NCBI GenBank assembly: GCA_963664395.2
Contig: OY761159.2
Span: 672,001 to 736,000 of the forward strand
Source of the DNA: Candidatus Binatia bacterium
GTDB lineage: Bacteria > Desulfobacterota > Binatia > Bin18
Direction: 5' to 3'
DNA length: 64,000 nucleotides
Translations under genes and position numbers: made by a program
Shown here: positions 19,863 to 29,155 of the stretch, piece by piece
Position numbering within the stretch: the first letter of the stretch is position 1
Layout: every line of letters begins with the position of its first letter
The notes under the pieces: model-generated
Told to the model about the DNA's origin: nothing
The model's database searches: none
What the model saw: the letters and a program-made list of their open reading frames with translations, nothing else

Positions 19863-20651
19863 ATGCGAGACAATGCACTCAAAAAATCACTCAAGGCCGG
19901 GGACTTTGCGCTGGGGACGCTGGTGTGGGATATCAAAAGCCGTGGGGCGATCCATACGCTGGCTCAGGCCGGTATGGACTATATCATGATCTGCACGGAG
20001 CATTCGGCCTACAATCTTGAAACGGTCGTTGATCTCTGCACCTATGCCCATGCGGCCGGTATGACCCCGGTGGTCCGCATCCCTGACCTTGCCTATGAGC
20101 ACGTAACGCGCCTGCTCGATAGCGGTTGTCAGAGTCTGATTGTGCCGCATGTCAAAACCGGGGCCGAGGTGCAACGCTTCATCGAGCTGGCCAAATACCA
20201 TCCCCAAGGAAAACGGGGGACGGCCATCTATCTGGGAGCGAATACCGAATATGAAGACGTTGAGACACACACGGCAATGAGTCATGCCAATGCCAACACC
20301 TTGCTCGGCGTAATCATCGAAACCAGAGAAGCCGTGGAGAACATGGACGAGATTCTGATTCCCGGCATCGACCTCTGCCTGGTCGGCTATCAGGACCTGG
20401 CCCAGAGTCTCGGCACGCCGGGCCAATTCAACAATCCTGAGCTGCTCGAAGCGACCGCCCAGGTGAATGCGTTGTGTAAAGAGCGTGGCATCGCCACGGC
20501 GGCGGCAGTGACCCAACTCGATAATGTTCAGGCTATTGTTGACAGCGGTGCGCAATATCTGTTGTACGGCACCGACCTGATCCTGCTGCGGCGAGAGGCG
20601 CAGCGCGCCGCCGAGGCCCTTGCCCCATTTCGGAAAGGCCGGGCACACTAG
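19863..20651 (+). CDS. HpcH/HpaI aldolase family protein
   Basis: ICTEHS, PVVRIP, LIVPHV, IIETREAV, VGYQDL. Confidence 0.88.
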   Translation: MRDNALKKSLKAGDFALGTLVWDIKSRGAIHTLAQAGMDYIMICTEHSAYNLETVVDLCTYAHAAGMTPVVRIPDLAYEHVTRLLDSGCQSLIVPHVKTGAEVQRFIELAKYHPQGKRGTAIYLGANTEYEDVETHTAMSHANANTLLGVIIETREAVENMDEILIPGIDLCLVGYQDLAQSLGTPGQFNNPELLEATAQVNALCKERGIATAAAVTQLDNVQAIVDSGAQYLLYGTDLILLRREAQRAAEALAPFRKGRAH

Positions 20652-20652
20652 A

Positions 20653-20677
20653 CGGGTTTCCTCTTTACGGAAACCCG
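20653..20677. terminator. Stem-loop after aldolase
   Basis: CGGGTTTCC-N7-GGAAACCCG; no clear U tract. Confidence 0.4.
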
Positions 20678-20747
20678 GAATGTAGGATACACACGACAGG
20701 AAGTTGAGAGGCGTTCCGTCGTTCGTCAGCGTCAAAAGGAGGTCAGC

Positions 20748-21188
20748 ATGAAGTTCGGTATTTTTTATGAGCTATCCGTTCCCCGGCCCTGGGACGCAGA
20801 GGCCGAGCGCAGCGTCTATATGAATGCGCTGGAGCAAGTCCGCCTGGCCGACGAACTCGGCTTTGAACAGGTCTGGGCGGTGGAGCATCACTTCCTGGAA
20901 GAATACTCCCACTGTTCGTCCCCCGAACTTTTTCTGACCGCGTGCGCCATGCAGACCAAGCAGATCAATGTCGGCCACAGCATCGTCATTTGTGTGCCGG
21001 AATTCAACCACCCGATTCGGATTGCCGAACGCGCCGCGGTGTTGGATATTTTATCCGGCGGACGGCTGCATTACACAACCCCGATTGTTGCGACCATGAC
21101 AAAGTGTGATACCGACCTGCCCCAACTCCGCTTCGCGCTTGATCCCTCCGTACCCGCCGCCCAAGGCAGCCGGAGACTCGCGGCCTAA
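20748..21188 (+). pseudogene. Truncated LLM-class flavin-dependent oxidoreductase (N-terminal ~108 aa)
   Basis: MKFGIFYE, WAVEHHF, HPIRIAERAAVLDILSGGRLH, then family resemblance stops at ~21072. Confidence 0.85.
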
Positions 21189-21200
21189 AGGAGGCGCTTC

Positions 21201-21677
21201 ATGTCTGATGTCATATTCAAGGTCTCGGGACAGTCGGAATCACCCGCTCGCCTGGCAGTTCAGGTCAGAGGGTTCGAGTTGATCGTTGATGAGCCGCCGG
21301 GTCTCGGCGGGGATGACGAAGGACCGAATCCGGTTGAGTATATCCTGGCCGGGTTGGCCGGCTGCCTCAATGTGATGGGGCATATTATTGCCAAAGAAAT
21401 GGGCTTTACTATTCGGTCCCTGACCATCGAGGCGTCCGGTCCGCTGAACCCAGGGAAATTACTCGGCAAACAGACCGATGACCGGGCTGGATACAAAAAT
21501 ATTGACGTCACGCTCAATGTTGATGCCGATGTGGACCAAGCTACCCTGGACCAATGGCTGGCGACCATAGAGACGCGCTGTCCGGTCTCGGACAATCTGA
21601 TGAACCTCACCCCGGTGGCGCTCCGGGCGCAGTCAGCCGTGCAGTCGGAACATGGCACGCAAGCCCCCTCACCCTAG
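21201..21677 (+). CDS. OsmC family protein
   Basis: DEPPGLGGDDEGPNPVEYILAGLAGC, RCPVSDNL. Confidence 0.92.
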   Translation: MSDVIFKVSGQSESPARLAVQVRGFELIVDEPPGLGGDDEGPNPVEYILAGLAGCLNVMGHIIAKEMGFTIRSLTIEASGPLNPGKLLGKQTDDRAGYKNIDVTLNVDADVDQATLDQWLATIETRCPVSDNLMNLTPVALRAQSAVQSEHGTQAPSP

Positions 21678-21742
21678 CCCTCTCCCGCCAGGGGAGAGGG
21701 AACACAAGTGGGGCCGGACAGCCACAGGGGGCTTGCCCCTAC
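21666..21742. repeat. Two adjacent REP-like palindromes between convergent osmC-like and sppA genes
   Basis: CCCTCACCCTAGCCCTCTCCCGCCAGGGGAGAGGG (21666-21700) and GGACAGCCACAGGGGGCTTGCCCCTAC (~21716-21742). Confidence 0.65.
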
Positions 21743-23505
21743 CAGGTTGTTTCCCAGTGTGGCGTCGTCAACACGCCCGGCTCGGACCATAGACCGAGGC
21801 GCTGGCCCATCTGGATAACGGGTCGGACGGCTTGCATGACTTGGCGCAGAGCCGCTGCCGTCGGACTGGCTGCGGCGTCCTCCCGACCCTGGAGGTGAGA
21901 CAGGACCGTCTCAACCAGTGTTTTTTGCGCGGGAAAGAGTTTGAGCTGCACCGGCGTATCTGCCTCAATCCCCGCCGCTTGTTTTGCTAGACTCAGCGCC
22001 AGCGGGAAGCCGCCGAGTTCGTCGACCAGGCCGATACCTTTGGCATCTTCACCCGTCCAGATCCGGCCCTTTGCCACGGCGTGCACCTGTTCCTGAGTGA
22101 GGCCCCTTCCTTGGGCAACTTTCTGCGTAAAATCCTCGTACACACGATCAAGCCAGACCGTGATCCGTTGCCATTGCTGAGGCGTATAATCGAGCGAGCT
22201 GGACCACATGGTGGCATTGGTGCTGGTATGCACCTCGTCCGATGAGATCCCGATTTTTTCCATGAGCTCGGCAGTTATCATCTTGCCACCAAGCACCCCG
22301 ATGGAACCGGTGATCGTGCCGGGCTGGGCCACGATTTTGTCCGCGGCCGCCGCCACAAAATAGCCACCCGAGCCAGCCACGTTGCCCATGGAGACAATGA
22401 CCGGTTTCCCCGCGTCCCTGGCTCGTACCGTCTCACGCCAAATCGTATCTGAGGCAACATAGGAGCCACCCGGACTGTCCACCCGAAAAAGAATGGCCTT
22501 CACCGTGTCGTCTTGCACGGCAGAGCGAAACGCCGCTGACACCGAGTCGGCTCCCATCGTCGGCCCACTAAATGCGGCACTGTATTCACTCTTCCCCCGC
22601 TGCACCCCACCGACCCCGTAAATGAGTGCAATCGCTTCCCCCTCGTTGTGCGGGCGACCCATCTGGCGGAGATAGGTAAACAGGCCAACTCGTTCTGCAT
22701 CCTCACCAATGGTATCTTCGATTACGGTCTGGACCTCATCCCGATAGGCCAGCCCATCAACCAGTTTTTCCGTCAAGGCTTGCGCGCCGAGAAACGGCCC
22801 ACGGTCAATCAGGGTCCGGACGGCGCCAGCTTCCAAGCCGCGGCCAGCGGCGATGCCCTGCACGATCTGGCCGAACTGGGATTCAATAATTTTCAGGATC
22901 GCCTCACGATGGGGCTGGGTATATTTTTTTTCGGTGAACATGTTCAGCGCGTTTTTGTACTCATAGCGGTGGTCCATACGGGGCGAGAGCCCCAGCTTTT
23001 CCAGTGTCCCGCTGACGAATGCCGATTCTGCCATCAAGCCGGTGAGACCAATGTCCCCGGACGGTTGGAGATAAATGCGATCAAAGGCGGTAGCCAGATA
23101 ATACGCGCCATTGCCAGGCCCGAATTCGCCAAAGGTCTCGGCATAGGCAATGGTCGGCTTGCCACTCTCGCGGAAGGCAATGACGGCATCCCGAACCTCC
23201 TGGATTTCCGCCAGGCCCATCCGCGGCGTGCCCGCACGCGCAACCAGCGCCAGGACGCGCTCATCATTGGCAGCCTGTTGCAGCGCATCGACAATATCCC
23301 GCACTGACGCTGTCCGTTCCATGAGTACACTCGCCAGTGGATCGTCCGGAACATACTCAGCAAACTCGCGCTCGAAGTCGATCTCAAGCACGATGTGCTC
23401 TGGCAGACTTTCTTGACTCATCAGGGTGGTGATAACGCCGACAATGGCCATGACGACGACCCACGCTCCAATCAGCATGAGCGTCCGTCCCAGAAATTTT
23501 TTCAT
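21739..23505 (-). CDS. sppA: Signal peptide peptidase SppA (67K type)
   Basis: YYLATAFD, YKNA, RVDSPGGS, SMGNVAGSGGY, TGSIGV, GRIWTG. Confidence 0.95.
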   Translation of the reverse strand: MKKFLGRTLMLIGAWVVVMAIVGVITTLMSQESLPEHIVLEIDFEREFAEYVPDDPLASVLMERTASVRDIVDALQQAANDERVLALVARAGTPRMGLAEIQEVRDAVIAFRESGKPTIAYAETFGEFGPGNGAYYLATAFDRIYLQPSGDIGLTGLMAESAFVSGTLEKLGLSPRMDHRYEYKNALNMFTEKKYTQPHREAILKIIESQFGQIVQGIAAGRGLEAGAVRTLIDRGPFLGAQALTEKLVDGLAYRDEVQTVIEDTIGEDAERVGLFTYLRQMGRPHNEGEAIALIYGVGGVQRGKSEYSAAFSGPTMGADSVSAAFRSAVQDDTVKAILFRVDSPGGSYVASDTIWRETVRARDAGKPVIVSMGNVAGSGGYFVAAAADKIVAQPGTITGSIGVLGGKMITAELMEKIGISSDEVHTSTNATMWSSSLDYTPQQWQRITVWLDRVYEDFTQKVAQGRGLTQEQVHAVAKGRIWTGEDAKGIGLVDELGGFPLALSLAKQAAGIEADTPVQLKLFPAQKTLVETVLSHLQGREDAAASPTAAALRQVMQAVRPVIQMGQRLGLWSEPGVLTTPHWETTW

Positions 23506-23628
23506 ATTATCTTCCCTCGCTTGATCTTTTTGTCAGAGTAGCAGAGAATTCGGCCTTGCCATATCCGGCCTGATCGTAGCAATCTGCATCTCCGGAGCCT
23601 TTTCTTTCGTATAATCGCTTTGCTTCTT

Positions 23629-25608
23629 ATGGCACGAATTCAAGTTGCCGTTACAAAAGAACAGACCCACCGTTTGAATGCCCTTGTGTTGGTTGGCGTT
23701 CTGTTGGCTTTCGCGTCGGTCGTCCATGCCGAGAGAACGAACACGTCCGAGGAACGTAACTTCGGCATAGCCCTGCCAGGGGAAAAATGCAGAATCCTTC
23801 CGCTGCCCAAATGGACCGAGCCCGAAAAGTGGGCGTGGACACAAATCTGTGAAGGAAAAGAAGCGAATTTCAACGAACGCTTGAAAGAGAAACTCGATCC
23901 GAGAAATCCAGCTCATGCTGGCGAGTGGTCGGATGAGCGAAAACTGAGCTCGATTTTCCTGGAAACGATCCTCCTGCACGAGCCCTTCCGTAGCGCCATC
24001 CCGCGCCGGGGCGTTCGTATCATCGGGGCTTACTTTCCGAATTTCATCAATTTGATCGACGCATCGATCGAGCAGCTATTGCTACTCTACAAATCTCGCT
24101 TCAAGTCGCAGGTTGACATGAACCGTCTGAGGACACCGACATCTATTTCTCTCGAAGGCTCGAAGTTTGACGGCGATCTCAACATGGATTCCATCTCGGT
24201 CGGCGACAGCCTGCTCATGAGGGAGGCGGAATTCGGCAAGGTGGTCTTAAGAGGAGCGAAGATCGGCGGCCAACTGAGTATGAGCGGAGCGACCTTCAAG
24301 GGGAAGCTGAACATGAATGCCGTCTCAGTCGGTAGCAGCCTGTTCATGGGGAATGCGGAATTCGGCAAGGTGGATCTGACAGGAGCAAAGATCGGCGGCC
24401 AACTGAGTATGAGCGGAGCGACCTTCAAGGGGAAGCTGAACATGGATTCCATCTCGGTTGGTAGAAACCTACTCATAAGGGAAGAGGAATCCGACGAGGG
24501 AGTCTTGAGAGGAGCGGAACTCGGCGAGGTGGTCTTAAGAGGAGCGAAGATCGGCGACCAGCTGAATATAGAGGGGGCTACCTTCAAGGGGAAGCTGAAC
24601 ATGAGTACCATCTCGGTCGGTAGCGATCTGTTCATGAGAAATGAGGCGGAATTCGATGAGGTAGACCTGATAGGAGCGAAGATCGGCGGCCAGCTGTCTA
24701 TGGTCGAGACTACCTTCAAGGGCAAGCTGGACATGTATAATGCCTCGGTCGGTAGCAGCCTGCTCATGAGAAATACAGAATTTGACAAGCCAGCTTATCT
24801 AATATTTCTCAGCGTCGGCTCCAATCTTGACGTACGAGGTGCCACGCTGAGACGTCTAGACCTTACGGGTTCCCGAGTCGAGGGCGAGATTCAACTTGGA
24901 TCGTCCGATGAAGAGAAAACTAATTGGAAGGAATGCAAAGACGAGAATAAGGATTGCCACGCCCCCAAGTTGATCCTACGAAACACCAGCGTCGACGCGC
25001 TCCAGGACACCAAAGGTGTTTGGCCCGATCATCTGGAACGAGAGTTCGAGGGCTTCACGTATGATCGCCTCGGCGGATTCGACACGAGTGAACAAGACAA
25101 GCCTTATGAGCGAGGAAGCTCCTGGTTTATCGAGTGGCTTGCGAAGGACGAGTCCTATTCGCCTCAACCCTACCGGCACTTAGCCGGTGTTTTCCGTGCC
25201 GCTGGGCACGAAGACATGGCGGACGACATTCTCGTCGCCAACCGCGACCGCGAGCGTAGAGAAACTGATTGGTGGCCACCCAAATGGTTATGGCTATGGA
25301 TGCTCAAGCTCTTCATCGGCTACGGCTATGGCTTGCGGTACTTCTACGCGCTGATCTGGGTCGCTGGATTGGCCTTAGTCGGAACCTTCATCCTGCATAG
25401 GGCAAAGGAGGAAGACAAAGGCGGTATAAAGCTGGGCTTCTGGTACAGCCTCGACATGCTACTGCCCATCATCCATCTGCGTGAGCGGCACTACACTGAT
25501 GTGGACCTCAACACGTGGGCTAAATACTATTTTTATTTCCACAAAATTATGGGCTATGTGCTGATATCCTTCGTGCTCGCTGGACTATCGGGCCTTACGG
25601 AGAAATAG
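23629..25608 (+). CDS. Pentapeptide-like repeat protein with C-terminal membrane domain
   Basis: N-terminal hydrophobic segment, 43-aa tandem repeats, EGFTYDRL, YSPQPYRHLA, IGYGYG, YSLDMLLPII, terminal TM. Confidence 0.75.
   Translation: MARIQVAVTKEQTHRLNALVLVGVLLAFASVVHAERTNTSEERNFGIALPGEKCRILPLPKWTEPEKWAWTQICEGKEANFNERLKEKLDPRNPAHAGEWSDERKLSSIFLETILLHEPFRSAIPRRGVRIIGAYFPNFINLIDASIEQLLLLYKSRFKSQVDMNRLRTPTSISLEGSKFDGDLNMDSISVGDSLLMREAEFGKVVLRGAKIGGQLSMSGATFKGKLNMNAVSVGSSLFMGNAEFGKVDLTGAKIGGQLSMSGATFKGKLNMDSISVGRNLLIREEESDEGVLRGAELGEVVLRGAKIGDQLNIEGATFKGKLNMSTISVGSDLFMRNEAEFDEVDLIGAKIGGQLSMVETTFKGKLDMYNASVGSSLLMRNTEFDKPAYLIFLSVGSNLDVRGATLRRLDLTGSRVEGEIQLGSSDEEKTNWKECKDENKDCHAPKLILRNTSVDALQDTKGVWPDHLEREFEGFTYDRLGGFDTSEQDKPYERGSSWFIEWLAKDESYSPQPYRHLAGVFRAAGHEDMADDILVANRDRERRETDWWPPKWLWLWMLKLFIGYGYGLRYFYALIWVAGLALVGTFILHRAKEEDKGGIKLGFWYSLDMLLPIIHLRERHYTDVDLNTWAKYYFYFHKIMGYVLISFVLAGLSGLTEK
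24181..24800 (+). repeat. Intragenic 129-bp tandem repeat (~4.5 units)
   Basis: Unit starts at 24181, 24310, 24439, 24598 and 24730 (spacings 129, 129, 159, 132 bp). Confidence 0.85.
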
Positions 25609-25633
25609 GGCAGAGAAATTTACGATAAACGCT

Positions 25634-26050
25634 CTAACTCGCCTCGGGCGGAGTCGGCTCAAGCGTGCCCGACGTTTCTCCGTAGGGCCAGGGCAACCGA
25701 ATCGGCTCGCCGGCACGATTGAAAATTTCGACCGGGGTTTCCAAGACAGCAATCGCCTGCATCTCTTCGTCACCGGTTGTGCAGATTTTGTGCGGGGTGT
25801 AGGCGGGGACGGTAAGGACGCTGTTGGGACCGAAATCGATCTGCTTCCCATCCACCTGGCACCAGCCGGTTCCCTTGAGAACAATAAGAATCTCTTCGCC
25901 TGAATGATAATGCGTTGGGGTCGGCTTGCCTGGCTGTGAGGTCTGCATCCAGATTTCAACGTTTCGGGACTCTTTCTTCACCAGGGTCTGGTGGATAACC
26001 GCAGGGTGAATAAATTTTTCGATGCCGGTAATTTTCCGAACGGAATACAT
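25634..26050 (-). CDS. Cupin domain protein
   Basis: PTHYHSGEEILIVLKG, VPAYTPHKI. Confidence 0.85.
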   Translation of the reverse strand: MYSVRKITGIEKFIHPAVIHQTLVKKESRNVEIWMQTSQPGKPTPTHYHSGEEILIVLKGTGWCQVDGKQIDFGPNSVLTVPAYTPHKICTTGDEEMQAIAVLETPVEIFNRAGEPIRLPWPYGETSGTLEPTPPEAS

Positions 26051-26113
26051 GGGTGCGCCCTCCCTCTACTTGCGTTGTAAAAGGAACGTAGCAAAGAAGC
26101 AGGGACAGGCCAA

Positions 26114-27053
26114 TCAGAACTCAATCTGAAAGCCCTGACGCTCCTGACTCTGTACCTCCGTCAGATAACCCTGCACGCCCAGATACTCCCCCGCCGGATA
26201 ATACAAATACCCGTGCGTGGCGACCTGCGCCGCGAGCACCTGACTGACCATGGGTGGCGGGAGACTGGCAGCATCTTTTTCCGCTAAGGCACAGACTGTG
26301 CCCCCTCCGGCCGAGAGGAGGTGGACCTGCTCCGTATCGAACACATAGGTCTGTTGGGTCCGATTGGCGACCTCTACGGCAACAATAAAAATGTCCGGCG
26401 GGTAGACGCCGAAGAGCAACTCGGCCTCCATCGGCGGCAGGGGCCGGATATGCACATACACCTGGCCTTCGGGTCCGTAGCGTTTTACGTTATCAGCCAG
26501 CCCATTAAACAAGGAATAAAACGCGCGCCGAAAGTATGTGGTCGGTGGCGGGCGGTTCTTGGTAAGACGCGGGGCCTCTCGCTCGTGATAATCCGTCACC
26601 AGTGGGTGCGGAGTATCAGAGGCAACGTCCAGTGTGCTGAGCGAGGCAGCATCGACAAGCACGCCCTGTGGCTGACACTGAACCGTCACCTGGACCAGCG
26701 CCGTCTGGCCCGACCGTCTTTGTTGCGCCTGTATCGTTCCGATTTTTCCTGGCGTGGCCCGGGTCGCTACTCGTTACGCGATACCCCATCCGCTCGACTG
26801 TCCGGTAGGCGAGTTGCTGAGCTTGTTCGCACGATAAGTCCGTATCAGTGATCTCGTACAATTCGGCCAGCGGCTCGGCCTGTGCGGCGGCCCGGTTCGC
26901 TTCCATGCTCGCGAGGACGGCTGCGGAGGAGGCCCTAGCAACTACGCGCGCGGCGGGCTGAGAACGTGGCGCGCAACCAATGAGGGCCGCCAGCATGAGG
27001 AGTCCGACCAAGGCCGGGAGACCCTTCATGGCTTGCCCCGGCAGGAGTGTCAT
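26114..27053 (-). pseudogene. Hypothetical lipoprotein split by one +1 frameshift
   Basis: Lipobox LIGC; removing one base in GACCCGGGCC (~26757-26765) joins ORFs 26616-27053 and 26114-26689. Confidence 0.7.
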
Positions 27054-27054
27054 T

Positions 27055-28134
27055 TTAACTCAACTGAGGAACAACCAACTCGGCAAAGCGCTGGAGCATC
27101 TCCTGTTCCTGCTTGTACGGAAACACCATCTGGAAATTCTGAAAACCAAGCGCCCGCAACTCCCGCAGGGTTTCGGCCAGGCGCTCCGGCGTTCCCGCCG
27201 TTCCCAGCTCTCGTGAGGCCCACAATCCACGCCCGCCCAATGCCTGGGCTGACTCGGCCTCTCGCCGCTTGAGTTCTTTTTCATCTTCAGCCAGCACCAC
27301 CGCCAGGAACAGCGACTTCTCAATCGCAGAGAAATCCCGCTTCAGCGCGTCACAGTGCCGGCGCAGGATATCGGTCTTTCTTTGCACGGTTGCGAATGAG
27401 GACCCCAGCAGGATGTTCCAGCCATCGGCGTACTGGGCAACGATGCGCAGCATGACCTTCTCTCCGCCGCCGGCAATCCAGATTCGGGCCGGTTGCTGCA
27501 CGGGCTTGGGAGCGCACAGCGCCTCCTGCAACTGGTAGTGCCTGCCAGCAAAAGACGCCCGCTCCTGCGTCCACAACAGCCGTACAACCTGTACCGCCTC
27601 TTCGAGCTGAGCGAGTCGCGTTCCAATCGAGGGAAAGGGAATCCCGTAGGCCCGATACTCAAGCTCCTTCCAACCGGCTCCGATGCCAAACTCCATTCTG
27701 CCGTTGCTGAGATGATCGAAGCTGGCCGCGATCTTCGCCAAGATGCTGGGCGGACGGTACGAATTACACGTGACTAGCGTTCCCAGCCGCAATCGAGTCG
27801 TCACCGGAGCCAGCGCGGTCAGCAGGGTCCACGCCTCCAAGCAGTTGCGCCGCTCGGACCTGGCATCCCAAAAAAGATGGTCCGAGACCCACAATCCGTA
27901 AAAACCGAGCCGTTCCGCTTCCTTTGCGATCTGAGCGACTTCGCCGTAGCTAAAGCCAAATTGTGGCTCGATTTGGATACCGAAGCGCCACCCCCGCGCT
28001 GGGCTTTCCTGAGCTGTCTGGCCGACCGGCGTCGCTGCTTCAGACGGCGTTGCGGAACCCGCCTGTAAGCCTGCCACCCCGGCGACAACCGTACTCGCGT
28101 CCTGCAGAAACTTCCGGCGGCTGATGTCGCGCAT
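27055..28134 (-). CDS. LLM-class, probably F420-dependent, oxidoreductase with Tat signal
   Basis: SRRKFLQ...SEA leader; WVSDH, LEAWTLL, RLGTLVTCNSYRPPSILAK, SNGRMEFGIGAGW. Confidence 0.85.
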   Translation of the reverse strand: MRDISRRKFLQDASTVVAGVAGLQAGSATPSEAATPVGQTAQESPARGWRFGIQIEPQFGFSYGEVAQIAKEAERLGFYGLWVSDHLFWDARSERRNCLEAWTLLTALAPVTTRLRLGTLVTCNSYRPPSILAKIAASFDHLSNGRMEFGIGAGWKELEYRAYGIPFPSIGTRLAQLEEAVQVVRLLWTQERASFAGRHYQLQEALCAPKPVQQPARIWIAGGGEKVMLRIVAQYADGWNILLGSSFATVQRKTDILRRHCDALKRDFSAIEKSLFLAVVLAEDEKELKRREAESAQALGGRGLWASRELGTAGTPERLAETLRELRALGFQNFQMVFPYKQEQEMLQRFAELVVPQLS

Positions 28135-28160
28135 ACCGGCGAGCCTCCTTTCGAGAGCGC

Positions 28161-28994
28161 CTACGCCCCGGCCTGCTGCTCTATGACGCCCAAAGCGGTC
28201 CGGGCCGATGTCAGGGCGGCTGCGAAGGACACGCTTGCAGGCGCCGGCGGTGGCCCCGCATCCCCCGGTGTTTTATAGCCGCCATAAATGGCGTGCCCGG
28301 ATTGGAGCCAAAAGCAGTCCGCCACCGCAAAGCCGGCCTGCTTGAACCACGTCAACTGCTCGAACAGCGGCGAGGGTTTGTCGTAGGGATCGGGGGTATG
28401 GAAATAATTCCACTTTTCCTGGGTAAATTTTTCAAAGAGCCGGGTGGAGCCGGTCTTTTCGACTGAGAGAGCCTGCGTGATCCGATCCCAACCTTCGCCA
28501 AAGGATGCCCAGGCTTCCGACCGTTGCGGTTTGACGATATCGGCAAGCAGGGCCGCGCCGCGGTCTGAAATCCGTTTGCCCATTTCCGTAAACAGCCATT
28601 GCTTTTCCGGCCCGCTCAGATGGTGCACGCACAGGGAGGAGACGACGCAATCGGCAGCATCCAGCGAACCGAGCCAGTCTGGCGAGGCCATGTCAAAGGC
28701 GGCGATACGACAGCGCTCTCCAAAGCGTCCGAGGTGGCGGCCTGCCTGCTCGCGCATGCTTTCTGACCCATCCAGGGCCAGCACCGTGGCGTTCGGAAAG
28801 CAATCCAGCAGGGCGAAGGACAAGACCCCTTCCCCGCAGCCAAGCTCAACCGCGCGGAACGCGTCCTGCTGCTGAAAGGGCAGCAGACTCAAAAGAGTCG
28901 CAACCTGCTCATCCCGCGCCGGCACGGCAATCGCCGCCAGCTCGCGGTAGAGTTGGGAATCATCCTCTGTCCATTCCGTGCGCTCTTCAGCCAT
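28161..28994 (-). CDS. Class I SAM-dependent methyltransferase
   Basis: VELGCGEG, LDGSESM, VVSSLCVHHL. Confidence 0.88.
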   Translation of the reverse strand: MAEERTEWTEDDSQLYRELAAIAVPARDEQVATLLSLLPFQQQDAFRAVELGCGEGVLSFALLDCFPNATVLALDGSESMREQAGRHLGRFGERCRIAAFDMASPDWLGSLDAADCVVSSLCVHHLSGPEKQWLFTEMGKRISDRGAALLADIVKPQRSEAWASFGEGWDRITQALSVEKTGSTRLFEKFTQEKWNYFHTPDPYDKPSPLFEQLTWFKQAGFAVADCFWLQSGHAIYGGYKTPGDAGPPPAPASVSFAAALTSARTALGVIEQQAGA

Positions 28995-29104
28995 ACGCAG
29001 CCCTCCTTAATGTCTCGCCCATCTCCGGGTGGTTCCCAGAGGGGGGACGACAAATGGTAGCACGGCTGCGGGAGATTACGAGCGGTTTGAACTCGAAGAG
29101 GGGA

Positions 29105-29137
29105 CCCTCACCCTGGCCCTCTCCCAGCGGGAGAGAG
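29105..29137. repeat. REP-like element, same family as 21666-21700
   Basis: CCCTCACCCTGGCCCTCTCCCAGCGGGAGAGAG. Confidence 0.65.
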
Positions 29138-29155
29138 AAACAGAGCGGGTATTTC

